DNA of 64,000 bases from Vulcanimicrobiota bacterium. Lineage in GTDB: Bacteria; Vulcanimicrobiota; Vulcanimicrobiia; Vulcanimicrobiales; Vulcanimicrobiaceae. Where the stretch lies: assembly GCA_963812155.1 (NCBI GenBank), contig CAWETW010000003.1, positions 992,001 through 1,056,000 on the forward strand, in the 5' to 3' direction. The notes below the pieces were generated by a model that saw only the letters and a program-made list of their open reading frames with translations, made no database searches and was not told where the DNA came from. The translations under genes and the position numbers were made by a program. Position 1 is the stretch's first letter; every line of letters begins with the position of its first letter. Below are positions 19,275 through 29,647 of the stretch, piece by piece.

Positions 19275-19819
19275 GTGAAACAACTACGCAATACTGTCGG
19301 CGCCTGTCTTAGTGCTGCGCTCTTAGTCGCGTGCGGCGGCGGCAGCGCCGGGAGTTCACTTAGCTTTGCTTCAAGCGCAATCCCACAACAAGCTGCGCGC
19401 TCGAACGCGAAGGCAGCGACACAGGGCGGTGCTTTCAGTGCGAGCTATTCGGGCAATTACGGTGACACTGCCTGCACAGCGGTTGGTCCCATCAGGGTCA
19501 AGGGTCTTTTCAAATTCATGGGTACGGGTACGGCTTCGTTTCTTGGCTCGAGCACCGAGGACGGGCATTTGGTGACCCACCCCGGGTTGAACCATTGCAA
19601 CGGATCCACGGGACAAGCGACCCTTGCCAGCGCAGGTTCGAAAGACAGAATTGAATGAAGTTGCACTCGGGTGCCTGTACACCAGTTTGTCCAACGGTTC
19701 ACTTTAAGGTTACCGGCGGAGCGGGCGCGTTTTCGAACGCCACAGGCAGCGGAACAGTGACGTTTAGTGCTGCGCGTAACAGTTACACCGATGTCTGGGC
19801 GGGCACCGTTTACTACTAG
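19275..19819 (+). pseudogene. small secreted lipoprotein interrupted by indel(s) near 19650-19705 (pseudogene or sequencing error)
   Basis: RBS AAAGGA, lipobox LVAC; a second frame continues KVTGGAGAFSNATGSGTVTF...VYY to TAG at 19819. Confidence 0.55.
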
Positions 19820-19954
19820 TCGACTTAGAAGTTGGCGGCCGAGCGCACGTGCAGTCCCTCGCGGCAGAAACATCGATGCGATCGCGCTTCGTGCTGAGCG
19901 AGTAAAAAGCGACGTCGAAACGGGACGCGGGTCGCAGGGTCGAAGGAAGCGGCA

Positions 19955-20395
19955 ATGATTCGCAGCGTGCTGGTAGCCACCGACGGATCGGAAGCGTCCA
20001 TGGCGGCCGTGCGTACCGCCGTTGAGTTGACGGCATCGTTAGGCGGGGAGGCGCGGCTGCACGTGGCCGCGGTGGTCGATTACGCGGGCGTGCCGGGCGT
20101 GTTTGCCAAGCAGCCGCCCGCGGCGCCGGATCTGCTAAGCGAGGAGGCCTCAACCGCACTCGAGCTGGCGGGTCAGATTCTCGCGGAGGCGGCCGTGCCG
20201 GCCGAGCGCCATCTGCTGCACGGCGAGGTGGTCGAGGCGTTGCTGAGATGTGCGGCCGAAAACGCGGTCGACATTCTCGTCGCAGGGTTTCATGGAAGAA
20301 ACCGGTTGGCAAGGTTGGTCATGGGCAGCGTCGTCGGCAAGTTGGTCCGGTCGACGCACTTGCCGGTCGTCGTCGTGCGCGCTGCGGATGCATGA
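19955..20395 (+). CDS. universal stress protein (UspA family)
   Basis: VLVATDGSEAS N-terminus and DILVAGFHGRNRLARLVMGSV...PVVVV C-terminus. Confidence 0.9.
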   Translation: MIRSVLVATDGSEASMAAVRTAVELTASLGGEARLHVAAVVDYAGVPGVFAKQPPAAPDLLSEEASTALELAGQILAEAAVPAERHLLHGEVVEALLRCAAENAVDILVAGFHGRNRLARLVMGSVVGKLVRSTHLPVVVVRAADA

Positions 20396-20425
20396 CATGG
20401 AGGCGGGTTCCCGGAAGGGGCGGAC

Positions 20426-22249
20426 ATGAGTACGTATCGAGCGCCGGTGCGCGACATGCAGTTCGTTTTGCGCGAACTCGCCGATATCGAAGAGATTGCA
20501 AAACTTCCCGGTTGCGAAGAAACGCTCGACGTTCTCGATTCGATTCTCGAAGAAGCGGCGGCGTTTGCTGCAGGCGTCCTCGATCCGCTCAATCGCATTG
20601 CCGATACGGAAGGCTGCACCTTCGCCGACGGTAAGGTGACGACGCCGACCGGCTTCAAAGAAGCGTACAAGAAGTTCGCCGACGCAGGCTGGATCGGTTT
20701 GCCGGTTCCCGAGGAGTACGGCGGCCAGGGGTTGCCGCAAGTCTTGCTCGGACCCACGCTCGAGATGTGGAACGCGGCCAACATCGGCTTTGCGAATGGA
20801 CCGCTGCTCAATCAGGGCGCAATCGAAGCGATCGAACTCAAGGGATCGCAAGAGCAGAAGAAGCGATTCATTCCTAACCTCGTTTCCGGAAAGTGGACGG
20901 GCACGATGTGTCTCACCGAGCCGCAGGCCGGTTCGGATCTCGCGCAGGTGCGCACCAAGGCCGTGCCCGACGGCGACCACTACCGGCTGACCGGTCAAAA
21001 GATTTTCATCACGTTCGGCGAGCACGACATGGCGGAGAACATCATTCACCTCGTTCTCGCGCGGTTGCCGGACGCGCCGGAGGGGACGAAAGGCATTTCG
21101 CTCTTCATCGTGCCGAAGTTCGTCGTCAACGACGACGGCTCGCTCGGCGAGGCCAACGAGATGGTCTGCGCCGGCATCGAGCACAAGCTCGGCATTAACG
21201 GCAACCCGACTTGCACGATGAGCATCGGCGAAGGCGGCAAAGGTGCCGTCGGTTATCTCGTCGGTGAGGCCAACCGCGGCCTAGAGTACATGTTCGTGAT
21301 GATGAACGCGGCGCGGTTTTCGGTGGGCGTTCAAGGCCTCGCGCTGGCCGATCGCGCCTACCAAAGCGCGCTCGAGTACGCCAAGGAACGCGTGCAGGGC
21401 CGCGACGTCAAACCGGGTTCGCGCGCGCCGGAAACGATCGTCAAGCATCCCGACGTACGCCGCATGCTGATGTGGCAGAAGGCGACGATCGAAGCGATGC
21501 GCGCTCTCGCGTACGTCACCGCTGCGTCGCTCGATTTGTCGCAGCGGCATCCCGATGAAAAAGTGCGCAAGGAACATCGCGCCTTCGTCGAGTTCATGAT
21601 CCCGGTCGTGAAGGGCTGGTGCACCGAAAGCGCGGTCGATCTCTGCTCGACGGCGCTGCAGGTCTTCGGCGGCATGGGATACATCGAAGAGACGGGCATC
21701 GCGCAGCAGTATCGCGACGTCCGCATCGTGACGATCTACGAAGGCACGACCGGCATTCAGGCGCTCGACTTAATCGGACGCAAACTCATTCGCGATATGG
21801 GCGCGACCGCGACGTCCATCGGGAAAAAGATGGAGCGCGTCGCCAAAGAGTGCACCGAAAGCGAAAACGCCGACGTGAAGGCGATCGGCTCGGCATTGAG
21901 CGAGGCATTGACGACGCTGAGCGGAGTATCGCAGTGGATCGGCATGAACGCGATGTCCGACTTGCACAAGGCGTTCGCGTGCAGCGTTCCCTACCTGAAA
22001 CTCTGGGGCGTCGTGGCGGGCGGCTGGCAGATGGCGCGCGCGGCACTCGTCGCCGCGGCGCGGATTGCATCGGGCGACGCCGACGCCGAGTTCTACCGCG
22101 CGAAACTGGCGACGGCGAAGTTTTACGCCAGTCACGTGCTGTCGCAGCACCTCTGGATCGCGCACCAGATCAAAGAGGGTTCGGCCGACGTGATGAGCGT
22201 GACCGAGGCGCAGCTCGAGCTCGATCGTAAAACCGCCGTTCCGGTGTAA
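20426..22249 (+). CDS. acyl-CoA dehydrogenase
   Basis: MCLTEPQAGSDL, GQKIFIT, EHKLGI, FGGMGYIEETG, IYEGTTGIQALDL motifs. Confidence 0.95.
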   Translation: MSTYRAPVRDMQFVLRELADIEEIAKLPGCEETLDVLDSILEEAAAFAAGVLDPLNRIADTEGCTFADGKVTTPTGFKEAYKKFADAGWIGLPVPEEYGGQGLPQVLLGPTLEMWNAANIGFANGPLLNQGAIEAIELKGSQEQKKRFIPNLVSGKWTGTMCLTEPQAGSDLAQVRTKAVPDGDHYRLTGQKIFITFGEHDMAENIIHLVLARLPDAPEGTKGISLFIVPKFVVNDDGSLGEANEMVCAGIEHKLGINGNPTCTMSIGEGGKGAVGYLVGEANRGLEYMFVMMNAARFSVGVQGLALADRAYQSALEYAKERVQGRDVKPGSRAPETIVKHPDVRRMLMWQKATIEAMRALAYVTAASLDLSQRHPDEKVRKEHRAFVEFMIPVVKGWCTESAVDLCSTALQVFGGMGYIEETGIAQQYRDVRIVTIYEGTTGIQALDLIGRKLIRDMGATATSIGKKMERVAKECTESENADVKAIGSALSEALTTLSGVSQWIGMNAMSDLHKAFACSVPYLKLWGVVAGGWQMARAALVAAARIASGDADAEFYRAKLATAKFYASHVLSQHLWIAHQIKEGSADVMSVTEAQLELDRKTAVPV

Positions 22250-22250
22250 T

Positions 22251-24347
22251 ATGGCCGGCGTGCAGGTGATTACCCTCGACAATAAGCCGGTCAACGCGCT
22301 GTCGTTCGCGTATTCGAAGCGTTTGCTCGCGGAAATCGAGAGCGCCGAAGCCGACGACGGCGTGAAAGGCGTCGTGTTCGCGGGCGCTAACGGTCTCTTC
22401 AGCGGCGGCGCCGACGTCAACGACTTCAACACCGAAATGCCTGCCGGTGCGAAGACCATTCGCGACGTGATCGCGGCGATCGAGCGCGGACGCAAACTCT
22501 ACGCCGCCGCGATCGACGGCAATGCGCTCGGCGGCGGTCTGGAACTCGCGCTCGCCTGCGACTATCGCGTCGCCACGACGCGCTCGAAAGTGGGCCTGCC
22601 GGAGATCAAACTCGGCCTGCTGCCGGGAGCCGGCGGCACCCAGCGCCTGCCGCGCGCGATCGGTGCGCAAGCCGCGCTCGAGTTCATGCTCAAAGGCAAA
22701 AATCACTCGGCCGAAGACGCCAAGGCGCTCGGCATTCTCGACGACGTGGTCGCCGGCGACGCCGTGGGCGTCGCGCGTGCCTGGGTGGAAGGGGCAACCG
22801 AGCGCCGGCGCCTCTCCGCTCGGGACGCGATTATCGGCAAAGATATTCCGGCGCAAGCCGGTCCGTTCGTGGTTTCTCAAGCGCATAAGATGGTGCCGCC
22901 CGAAAGCAACGGCGGTTTCGCGGCGCACAAGCTGATAGACGCGGTTGCGGCATCGGTCGAGCTGCCGTTTTCGTTCGGGCTCGCGCGCGAGGCGCGGCTC
23001 TTCGACGAACTGGTGCGTTCGGCGCCGTCGTTTGCGTTGCGGCACCTATTCTTCGCGCAGCGCGAGCTCGACAAGATTCCCGGTCTACCGCCCGCAGAGC
23101 CGATGCCGGTTGCGAAAGCGGGCGTCGTCGGCGCCGGCACGATGGGCAGCGGCATCGCGATTGCGTTCGCGCAAGCCGGCATTCCGGTGACGGTCGTCGA
23201 TTCCAACGACGACGCGGTCGACAACGCGCGCCAGACCGTCATGGGCATGTTCATGTATCAAGTGCAGAAAGGGCGGCTCACACAGGAAGAGGCGTGGCAG
23301 CGCGGACAGTCGATCGTCTTTTCGGACGACGTTGCGGATCTCGGCGACGCGGACGTCGTAGTCGAGGCCGTCTTCGAGGATCTCGACGTGAAGAAAGACG
23401 TGTTCGAGCGCCTCGACGCAATCGCCAAACCGCAAGCGATCCTCGCGACGAATACCTCGACGCTGGACGTGGATGCGATGGCGGCGGTCACCTCACGCCC
23501 CGAGCGTTTCGTCGGCCTGCATTTCTTCGTTCCGGCGAACATCATGCCGCTGCTGGAGATCGTGCGCGGCGCAAAAACGTCGGCGGAAACGATTGCCACG
23601 GCATTTGCAATCGGCAAGACGTTGCGCAAGACGTCCGTGCTTTCGGCTAATGCCTTCGGCTTCATCGGCAACCGGATGATCTTCGATTACGCGCGCGAAG
23701 CGATCGCGCTCGCCGAGGAAGGCGTTCCGCCGTCGCGCGTGGACGCCGTGATGAAGGCGTTCGGATTCCCGATGGGGCCGTTTGCGATGTCGGATCTTTC
23801 CGGCATCGACGTTGCGTGGCATATTGCAAAATCGCGCGGTCGGGATGGTGCGAGCCGCACGCGCGTCATCGAGCGGCTCGTCGAGATGAAGCGGTTGGGC
23901 CAGAAGACGATGGCGGGATACTTCAAGTACGACAAGGCGGTCGGCAAGGGCCGCGAGCCGATTCCCGATCCGGAAATCGAAGCGCTCTTTGCCGAGGAAG
24001 CCCGGGGCGCCGGCGTCGCGCCGCGGCCGGCCGGCGACGACGACATTCGCGACCGGTTGTTGTACGCGCTCGTGAATCGCGGTTCGCATCTGCTCGACGA
24101 CGGCGTCGCATTGCGTCCCGGCGACATCGACATCGTCTACGTGTACGGCTACGGGTTTCCGCCGCATCGCGGCGGTCCGATGTGGTACGCCGACGAGGTG
24201 GGCGTCGATACGGTCTACGAGCGCGTCAAGCAGTTTTGCGAGGAGTTCGGGCCGCAGTGGACGCCGGCGCCGCTGTTGACGTCGATTGCAGAATCGGGCG
24301 GCACGTTCGCGCAACACGTACCGCCGCGAGAGTTCGCTCATGCGTGA
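22251..24347 (+). CDS. bifunctional enoyl-CoA hydratase / 3-hydroxyacyl-CoA dehydrogenase (FadB-type)
   Basis: [35 protein letters not shown] Rossmann motif, NTSTLD, GLHFF. Confidence 0.95.
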   Translation: MAGVQVITLDNKPVNALSFAYSKRLLAEIESAEADDGVKGVVFAGANGLFSGGADVNDFNTEMPAGAKTIRDVIAAIERGRKLYAAAIDGNALGGGLELALACDYRVATTRSKVGLPEIKLGLLPGAGGTQRLPRAIGAQAALEFMLKGKNHSAEDAKALGILDDVVAGDAVGVARAWVEGATERRRLSARDAIIGKDIPAQAGPFVVSQAHKMVPPESNGGFAAHKLIDAVAASVELPFSFGLAREARLFDELVRSAPSFALRHLFFAQRELDKIPGLPPAEPMPVAKAGVVGAGTMGSGIAIAFAQAGIPVTVVDSNDDAVDNARQTVMGMFMYQVQKGRLTQEEAWQRGQSIVFSDDVADLGDADVVVEAVFEDLDVKKDVFERLDAIAKPQAILATNTSTLDVDAMAAVTSRPERFVGLHFFVPANIMPLLEIVRGAKTSAETIATAFAIGKTLRKTSVLSANAFGFIGNRMIFDYAREAIALAEEGVPPSRVDAVMKAFGFPMGPFAMSDLSGIDVAWHIAKSRGRDGASRTRVIERLVEMKRLGQKTMAGYFKYDKAVGKGREPIPDPEIEALFAEEARGAGVAPRPAGDDDIRDRLLYALVNRGSHLLDDGVALRPGDIDIVYVYGYGFPPHRGGPMWYADEVGVDTVYERVKQFCEEFGPQWTPAPLLTSIAESGGTFAQHVPPREFAHA

Positions 24348-25526
24348 AGCGGTGATCGTCTCGGCGGCGCGTACGCCGATCGGGCGCGCGTTTCGCGGCG
24401 CGTTCAATCAGACGCCCGGAGCAACCATGGCGGGACACGTCGTGAAGCACGCGATGGAGCGTGCGGCAGTCGATCCCGCGGACGTCGACGACGTCGTCAT
24501 CGGTACCGGTCTCCCCGAAGGCGCGACCGGCAACAACATCGGGCGCACGGCCGCGCTGCGCGCGGGGTGTCCGGTGAGCGTTGCGGGGCAGACCGTGAGC
24601 CGCTACTGCGCGTCGGGACTCGACGCGATTGCATCGGCCGCGATGCGCGTGATGGCCGACGGCGCGGGGATCGTCGTGGCCGGCGGCGTCGAGTCGGTCA
24701 GCATGGTGCAGAGCCACCTCAACATGAAGTTCTACACCGAGGAGTGGCTGCTGCGCCATACGCCCGACGTCTACATGCCGATGCTGTACACGGCCGACAA
24801 CGTCGCCAAGAAGTACGACGTCTCGCGGGAGCGCCAAGACGAGTACGCGCTGCAGAGCCAGCAGCGCACGGCGCCGCGCAGACTGCCGGGCGGTTCGATG
24901 CGGAAATCGTGACGCTGCCGTCGTGGAAGTACGTGCAGCAGAAAGAGACCGGTGCGGTGAGCGAAGAGCACGTCGTCCTCGAGAAAGACGAAGGAAATCG
25001 TCCGGAGACGACGCTCGAGGCGCTGCAAAAGCTGCCGGGTGCGGTTCCGGGAATCAAAGATACGACGGTTACCGCCGGCAACAGTTCGCAACTCTCGGAC
25101 GGTGCGGCGGCGGTGGTGGTGATGGAGGCGACGCTTGCGCGCGAGCGCGGGCTTACGCCGCTCGGAACGTTTCGCGGTTTTGCGGTCGCCGGATGCGATC
25201 CGGGCGAGATGGGCATCGGCCCGGTATATGCAGTTCCGAAGCTGCTCGCGCAGCACGGCGTGACGATGGACGACGTCGGACTATGGGAGTTGAACGAAGC
25301 GTTCGCCGTGCAGACGGTCTACTGTCGCGACGCGCTCGGCATTCCGAACGATCGCTTCAACGTCGACGGCGGAGCCATCTCGATCGGGCATCCGTACGGA
25401 ATGAGCGGAACGCGCATGACCATGCACGCGCTGATCGAAGGCAAGCGCCGCGGCGTTAGGTACGTCGTCGTGACGATGTGCGTCGGCGGCGGCATGGGCG
25501 CCGCCGCCTTGTTTGAAATCGCGTAG
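24340..25526 (+). CDS. acetyl-CoA C-acyltransferase (thiolase), one apparent missing base near 24872
   Basis: SAARTPIG and RYCASG in the first frame; [19 protein letters not shown] in the second frame. Confidence 0.85.
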
Positions 25527-25557
25527 CGGCGCTACGCAGTTCAGACGATGAGGTAAC

Positions 25558-25842
25558 CTATTTCGCCGAGTAAGCGATGCAGTAACCGTTGGGACTGATG
25601 GAGCCTTCGACGATTTTGCAACCGCCGTCGGCGGTCGCCGTCTTGCCGGGAACGTAGAACGTACAGCCGGAGCACTTTTTGCTTCCGTTTGGTTTGTCTT
25701 GGTATTTGAATTGCGTTTTCGAGCCTTTGGCCGCACGCGCGGGAGCGCTTGCGGCGGCGTAAATGACGCCCGCGAGAGCGGGTAGGATGACGGCGGCCTT
25801 GACGAAATCGGCGCGCGAGACGGATTCGTGGCGATCGTTCAT
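25558..25842 (-). CDS. high-potential iron-sulfur protein (HiPIP) with Tat-like signal
   Basis: YQD.P...CSGCTFY...C..VEG.ISPNGYC four-Cys pattern; SRADFVK signal and ARA cleavage site; GGGAGG RBS. Confidence 0.85.
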   Translation of the reverse strand: MNDRHESVSRADFVKAAVILPALAGVIYAAASAPARAAKGSKTQFKYQDKPNGSKKCSGCTFYVPGKTATADGGCKIVEGSISPNGYCIAYSAK

Positions 25843-26029
25843 GTGTGAGCCTCCCGTCCTAGAGAATACCCGGACGAACCAGGGCCGCCTCCTTCGAGGG
25901 CCTTTGATGCCGAAAAAGTCTGAGCGGCGGGCGCTTGGAATGCTCGGAATCCGCTTGCTCGGCTAGGGGCGCGGCCCTTGGTGGAGAAGCCAGCCGCTAG
26001 CTTTTTTCACACAAAGGAACTACGCAACG

Positions 26030-26602
26030 ATGAAACTGTTTCGTTCAGCGTCGCGGCTGCTCGCGCTGGGTTTGGCGGCGGGACTCCCCATGGCGGCGGT
26101 CGCGCAAACCTCGTCGGGATCGACCGTTTCGGTCACGAACGCGGCTCCCCATCACATTACGACGCCGCATCCGGTAAGGATCGGCACCTGCAATCCGCAA
26201 CGCAACACGTACATGTCCGGCGGGTACGCGCCGGGATACTGGCCGGGCGGCCCTACTTGGGGCTGGCCGAGCGTGTACGGCTACAACTACTACTCGTATC
26301 CGGTCCAGGGCAATCCGACGCTCAGTATCGATTATACGAACGTCACGAACGTCGTGATGAAGGATATCGAGTTCGGGCTGATCGCTCACGGCAACATGGT
26401 CGCTGAGGTTCGCGACGTCGGCACGTTCTCGCCCGGTGCCGAGATCAAGCACCAGTTCGGTTTGAGCCCGAACGTCTTTCCCCTCAGCACCTCGATGGTC
26501 GAGTGCGTGCCGCTGAAGATCACCTTCGTCGACGGCAGCAAGTGGAAGAACCCGCACTTGCCTGCGCTCCGGCGGAGCATCTACGGCACCACAAAGTACT
26601 AG
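26030..26602 (+). CDS. hypothetical secreted protein
   Basis: Sec signal (AVA-Q), AAAGGA RBS, two Cys; no family recognised. Confidence 0.75.
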   Translation: MKLFRSASRLLALGLAAGLPMAAVAQTSSGSTVSVTNAAPHHITTPHPVRIGTCNPQRNTYMSGGYAPGYWPGGPTWGWPSVYGYNYYSYPVQGNPTLSIDYTNVTNVVMKDIEFGLIAHGNMVAEVRDVGTFSPGAEIKHQFGLSPNVFPLSTSMVECVPLKITFVDGSKWKNPHLPALRRSIYGTTKY

Positions 26603-26628
26603 AACGGCGAAGCGCGCCGGATAACGCG

Positions 26629-26656
26629 AGCGCGCGGCCCGAGAGGGCCGCGCGCT
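26629..26656. terminator. GC-rich hairpin, probable terminator or mRNA stability element
   Basis: AGCGCGCGGCCC-GAGA-GGGCCGCGCGCT perfect 12-bp stem with GNRA loop; weak U-tract. Confidence 0.55.
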
Positions 26657-26704
26657 ATGCGTTTCAAAGCAATCCGTAACGCAACGCAACTGAAGGGAGC
26701 CGGA

Positions 26705-27976
26705 ATGGCACAGGACACCTCCGCGGTCCAAGCGGTCGACAACGTCTGGGAAATGGCCAAGCAGCAACTCGACGAGGTTGCAAAGCTCATCGGGCTAAAC
26801 GAATCCATTCACGGCTATTTGCGCCAGCCCAAGCGCGTGCTCGAGGTGTCGGTGCCGGCGCGCATGGACAACGGAAGTTTCCGTATGTTCACCGGCTATC
26901 GCGTGCAGCACAATATGGCGCGCGGGCCGGGCAAGGGCGGCATTCGGTTTCATCCGGACGTGACGTTGGACGAAATCAAGGCGCTCGCGATGTGGATGAC
27001 GTGGAAGTGCGCGCTGGTCAACATTCCGTTCGGCGGGGCCAAAGGCGGCGTGATCTGCGATCCCAAGAACATGTCGACGCAAGAGCTGGAGAACCTCACG
27101 CGCCGGTTCACGAGCGAGATCGCGCTGATCATCGGCCCGGAGAAAGACATTCCGGCGCCCGACGTCTACACCACCCCGCAGATCATGGCGTGGATCATGG
27201 ATACGTACTCGATGCAGGCGGGTTTTTCGATTCCCGGCGTCGTTACCGGCAAACCGATTTCAATCGGCGGGTCGCTCGGGCGCGACAAGGCGACGGCGCG
27301 CGGGTGCCTGTACTGCACCGACGAGGCAATGGCGGTGATCGGAAAGCCGATCGAGGGCGCGCGCGTGGCGATTCAAGGCTTCGGAAATGCCGGCATGTAC
27401 GCGGCGCAGTTGATGGACGAGCGCGGCTATAGCGTCGTCGCGGTTTCGGATTCACAAGGCGGCGTCGCGAACCCTAAGGGCCTCGACATTCGCAAAGTCA
27501 CGGCACATAAGTTCGAGACGGGGTCGATCGTCGGATTCACCGGCGGCGAGCGCATCGACAATCGCGAGGTGCTCGAATACGACTGCGACGTGCTCGTGCC
27601 CGCGGCGCTCGAAAAGGTCATCACGGCCGAGAACGCGCCCCGCATCAAGGCGCGGATCGTGGCCGAAGCGGCCAACGGGCCGACGCTGCCCGAAGCGGAC
27701 GATATTCTGTTCGAACGCGGTGTCGTGGTGCTTCCCGACATTCTCGCAAACGCGGGAGGCGTCACCGTGTCGTACTTCGAGTGGGTTCAGGATCTTCAGG
27801 CGAACTTCTGGGAAGAAGACGAAATCAACGAGCGCCTCAAGCGCATCATTACGCGCGCGTTCCGCGAGGCGCACGAACAAGCCAAGCGCCACGGCGTGTC
27901 GATGCGCAAAGGTGCGTATGCCGTGGCGGTCGATCGCGTTGCCGAGGCGACGAAGCTGCGGGGATTGTACCCCTAA
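26705..27976 (+). CDS. gdhA: glutamate dehydrogenase (Glu/Leu/Phe/Val family)
   Basis: GPGKGGIRFHP, PFGGAKGG, DIPAPDV, GFGNAG, EAANGP, NAGGVTVSYFEW motifs. Confidence 0.92.
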   Translation: MAQDTSAVQAVDNVWEMAKQQLDEVAKLIGLNESIHGYLRQPKRVLEVSVPARMDNGSFRMFTGYRVQHNMARGPGKGGIRFHPDVTLDEIKALAMWMTWKCALVNIPFGGAKGGVICDPKNMSTQELENLTRRFTSEIALIIGPEKDIPAPDVYTTPQIMAWIMDTYSMQAGFSIPGVVTGKPISIGGSLGRDKATARGCLYCTDEAMAVIGKPIEGARVAIQGFGNAGMYAAQLMDERGYSVVAVSDSQGGVANPKGLDIRKVTAHKFETGSIVGFTGGERIDNREVLEYDCDVLVPAALEKVITAENAPRIKARIVAEAANGPTLPEADDILFERGVVVLPDILANAGGVTVSYFEWVQDLQANFWEEDEINERLKRIITRAFREAHEQAKRHGVSMRKGAYAVAVDRVAEATKLRGLYP

Positions 27977-27981
27977 GACGT

Positions 27982-28021
27982 CCTTCGCCCTGCGCCGCCG
28001 CTCGGCTTCGCTCAGGGTAAC
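27982..28021 (+). repeat. REP-like palindromic element (diverged copy)
   Basis: CCTTCGCC...GCTCAGGGTAAC fits the family consensus CCTTCGAC-hairpin-GCTCAGGRTGACAC. Confidence 0.6.
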
Positions 28022-28036
28022 GCTGAGGGCTGACGT

Positions 28037-28666
28037 ATGGGAGCGCAGCTTGGATTTTTCGGCGACGGGCGCCGCATGCTGGTTGACGACGCGAGCGGCT
28101 CGATATGGTATCAGCCGGCGTGCGTCGATCCGGCGACGGCTTCGCGCTGGTTCGAGCATTTGCGTGAAAGCGTTTCGTGGAACGCGCAACGTCGCGTCAT
28201 GTACGACCGGGAAGTTGACGTCCCGCGCTTGACGTCCGGATATAGGCTCGATGCGCAGGACGTGCCGGACGAGCTCGCGGAGGCTGCCGCACGCGTCGTT
28301 GCGGTGACCGGCGTTGCGTTCACCAATGCGGGATTGAACCTCTACCGCGACGGGCACGATAGCGTCGCACCGCATAACGACCATTTATACGAAATCGTCG
28401 AAGGCTATCCGATTGCACTGCTCTCGCTGGGAGCGACGCGGCGCATGACGATCCGCAGCAAGACGCGTCCGCGGCGCGTCCTCGACGTGGATTTGGAGCA
28501 CGGCAGCTTGCTCGTCATGAGTTACGAAACGCAGAGGTATTACGATCACGGCGTTCCGAAGGTCGCGGCGGCCGTCGGGGCGCGCATCAGCTTGGCGTTT
28601 CGCGTGCGCCCTTCGACGTCGCGCCCTCCGGGCGCTTTGCTCAGGGTGACACAGATTGAGGCGTAA
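28037..28666 (+). CDS. AlkB-like 2OG-Fe(II) dioxygenase (ALKBH2/3-like)
   Basis: NLYRDGHDSVAPHND (HxD), HGVPK and RISLAFR motifs. Confidence 0.9.
   Translation: MGAQLGFFGDGRRMLVDDASGSIWYQPACVDPATASRWFEHLRESVSWNAQRRVMYDREVDVPRLTSGYRLDAQDVPDELAEAAARVVAVTGVAFTNAGLNLYRDGHDSVAPHNDHLYEIVEGYPIALLSLGATRRMTIRSKTRPRRVLDVDLEHGSLLVMSYETQRYYDHGVPKVAAAVGARISLAFRVRPSTSRPPGALLRVTQIEA
28609..28652 (+). repeat. REP-like element read in frame in the AlkB 3' end
   Basis: CCCTTCGACGTC-GCGCCC-TCC-GGGCGC-TTTGCTCAGGGTGACAC encodes PSTSRPPGALLRVT. Confidence 0.75.
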
Positions 28667-28672
28667 CGGCAC

Positions 28673-29592
28673 ATGACGGGGGCGCCGTGGGAGGCGGAGT
28701 TTCGCGTCGAGATGCCGTTAGCGGGGCGGCTTATCGCCACGCAGTTCCCGGAATTGGCGGCGCTGCCGGTGCGCGCGTTCGGCGAAGGCTGGGACAACGT
28801 CGCCTACCTCGTCGGCGAACGGTCGTCTTCCGCTTTCCACGGCGCTCCGTATCCGCAGAGTTGATGGCGACGGAACTTCGCGTGCTGCCGGCGATCGCGC
28901 CGAAGCTGCCGCTGCCCGATTCCGGTGCCGCGCTTTACCGGCGAGCCGAGCGATGAGTATCGCATGGCCGTTTGCCGGCTACGAACTTATCCCCGGCGAG
29001 GCGCTGTCGCGGCTGCGTCTCCGGTGACGGCGCCGAGGCGAGCATCGCACGCGACGTCGGCAACTTTTTGCGCGCGCTTCACGCGATCGATTCGGATACC
29101 GTACCGAGGCTCGACAACGATCGCATCGGACGGCTCGATCACGCGCGCTGTATGCCGAAGGCGATGCAGCGCCTGCGAGAGCTCGAAGAAGCGGGCGCCG
29201 TCGAGGACGTCGACGCGGTTCGAGCGGGTTTTCGAGGAGACGGCGCCTCCGGAGCGGACGCCGGACGCCGCTCGTGCCGTGTGCACGGCGATCTCTACGG
29301 CCGCCACGTGCTCGTCGGCAGGCGAGTCGAGCGCACCAGCGGAGTGATCGATTGGGGCGACGTGCACCGCGGCCATCCGGCCGTCGATATGGCGGTCGCG
29401 TTCGAGTCGTTTCCGCCTTCGCGCGGGATGCGTTCGCGAGCGGCGTACGGGTATATCGGCGAGCGCACGTGGATGACGGCTCGTTATCGCGCCCTCTACC
29501 ATTCGGCGATGGTCGCGCATTACGGCTTCAAAGTCGGCGACGACGAAATGTTGCGCGCGGGGTTGACCGGATTATCGTCGGGTTTGGTGTAG
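28673..29592 (+). pseudogene. aminoglycoside phosphotransferase/choline kinase family gene split by several indels
   Basis: GEGWDNVAYLV, VFRFPRR, HGDLYGRH and IDWGD motifs distributed over different frames. Confidence 0.7.
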
Positions 29593-29647
29593 CGGTGCGT
29601 CGCTCGCTGCAGGATGACATTCTTTCGCCGGGTCTAAGTCTCTACGC

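Noticed and set aside
24860..24885. Frame change in the thiolase as possible programmed frameshifting
   Set aside because: No slippery sequence; one missing base in a GCC run restores QRTAAAQ. Similar indels occur near 9674, 19650-19705, 28820-29440, 44405 and 58245 in unrelated genes, which points to long-read consensus errors. Read mapping would settle it.
28673..29592. Phosphotransferase as an antibiotic resistance gene
   Set aside because: Only generic APH/choline-kinase motifs are visible, the frame is broken several times, and there is no mobile context.
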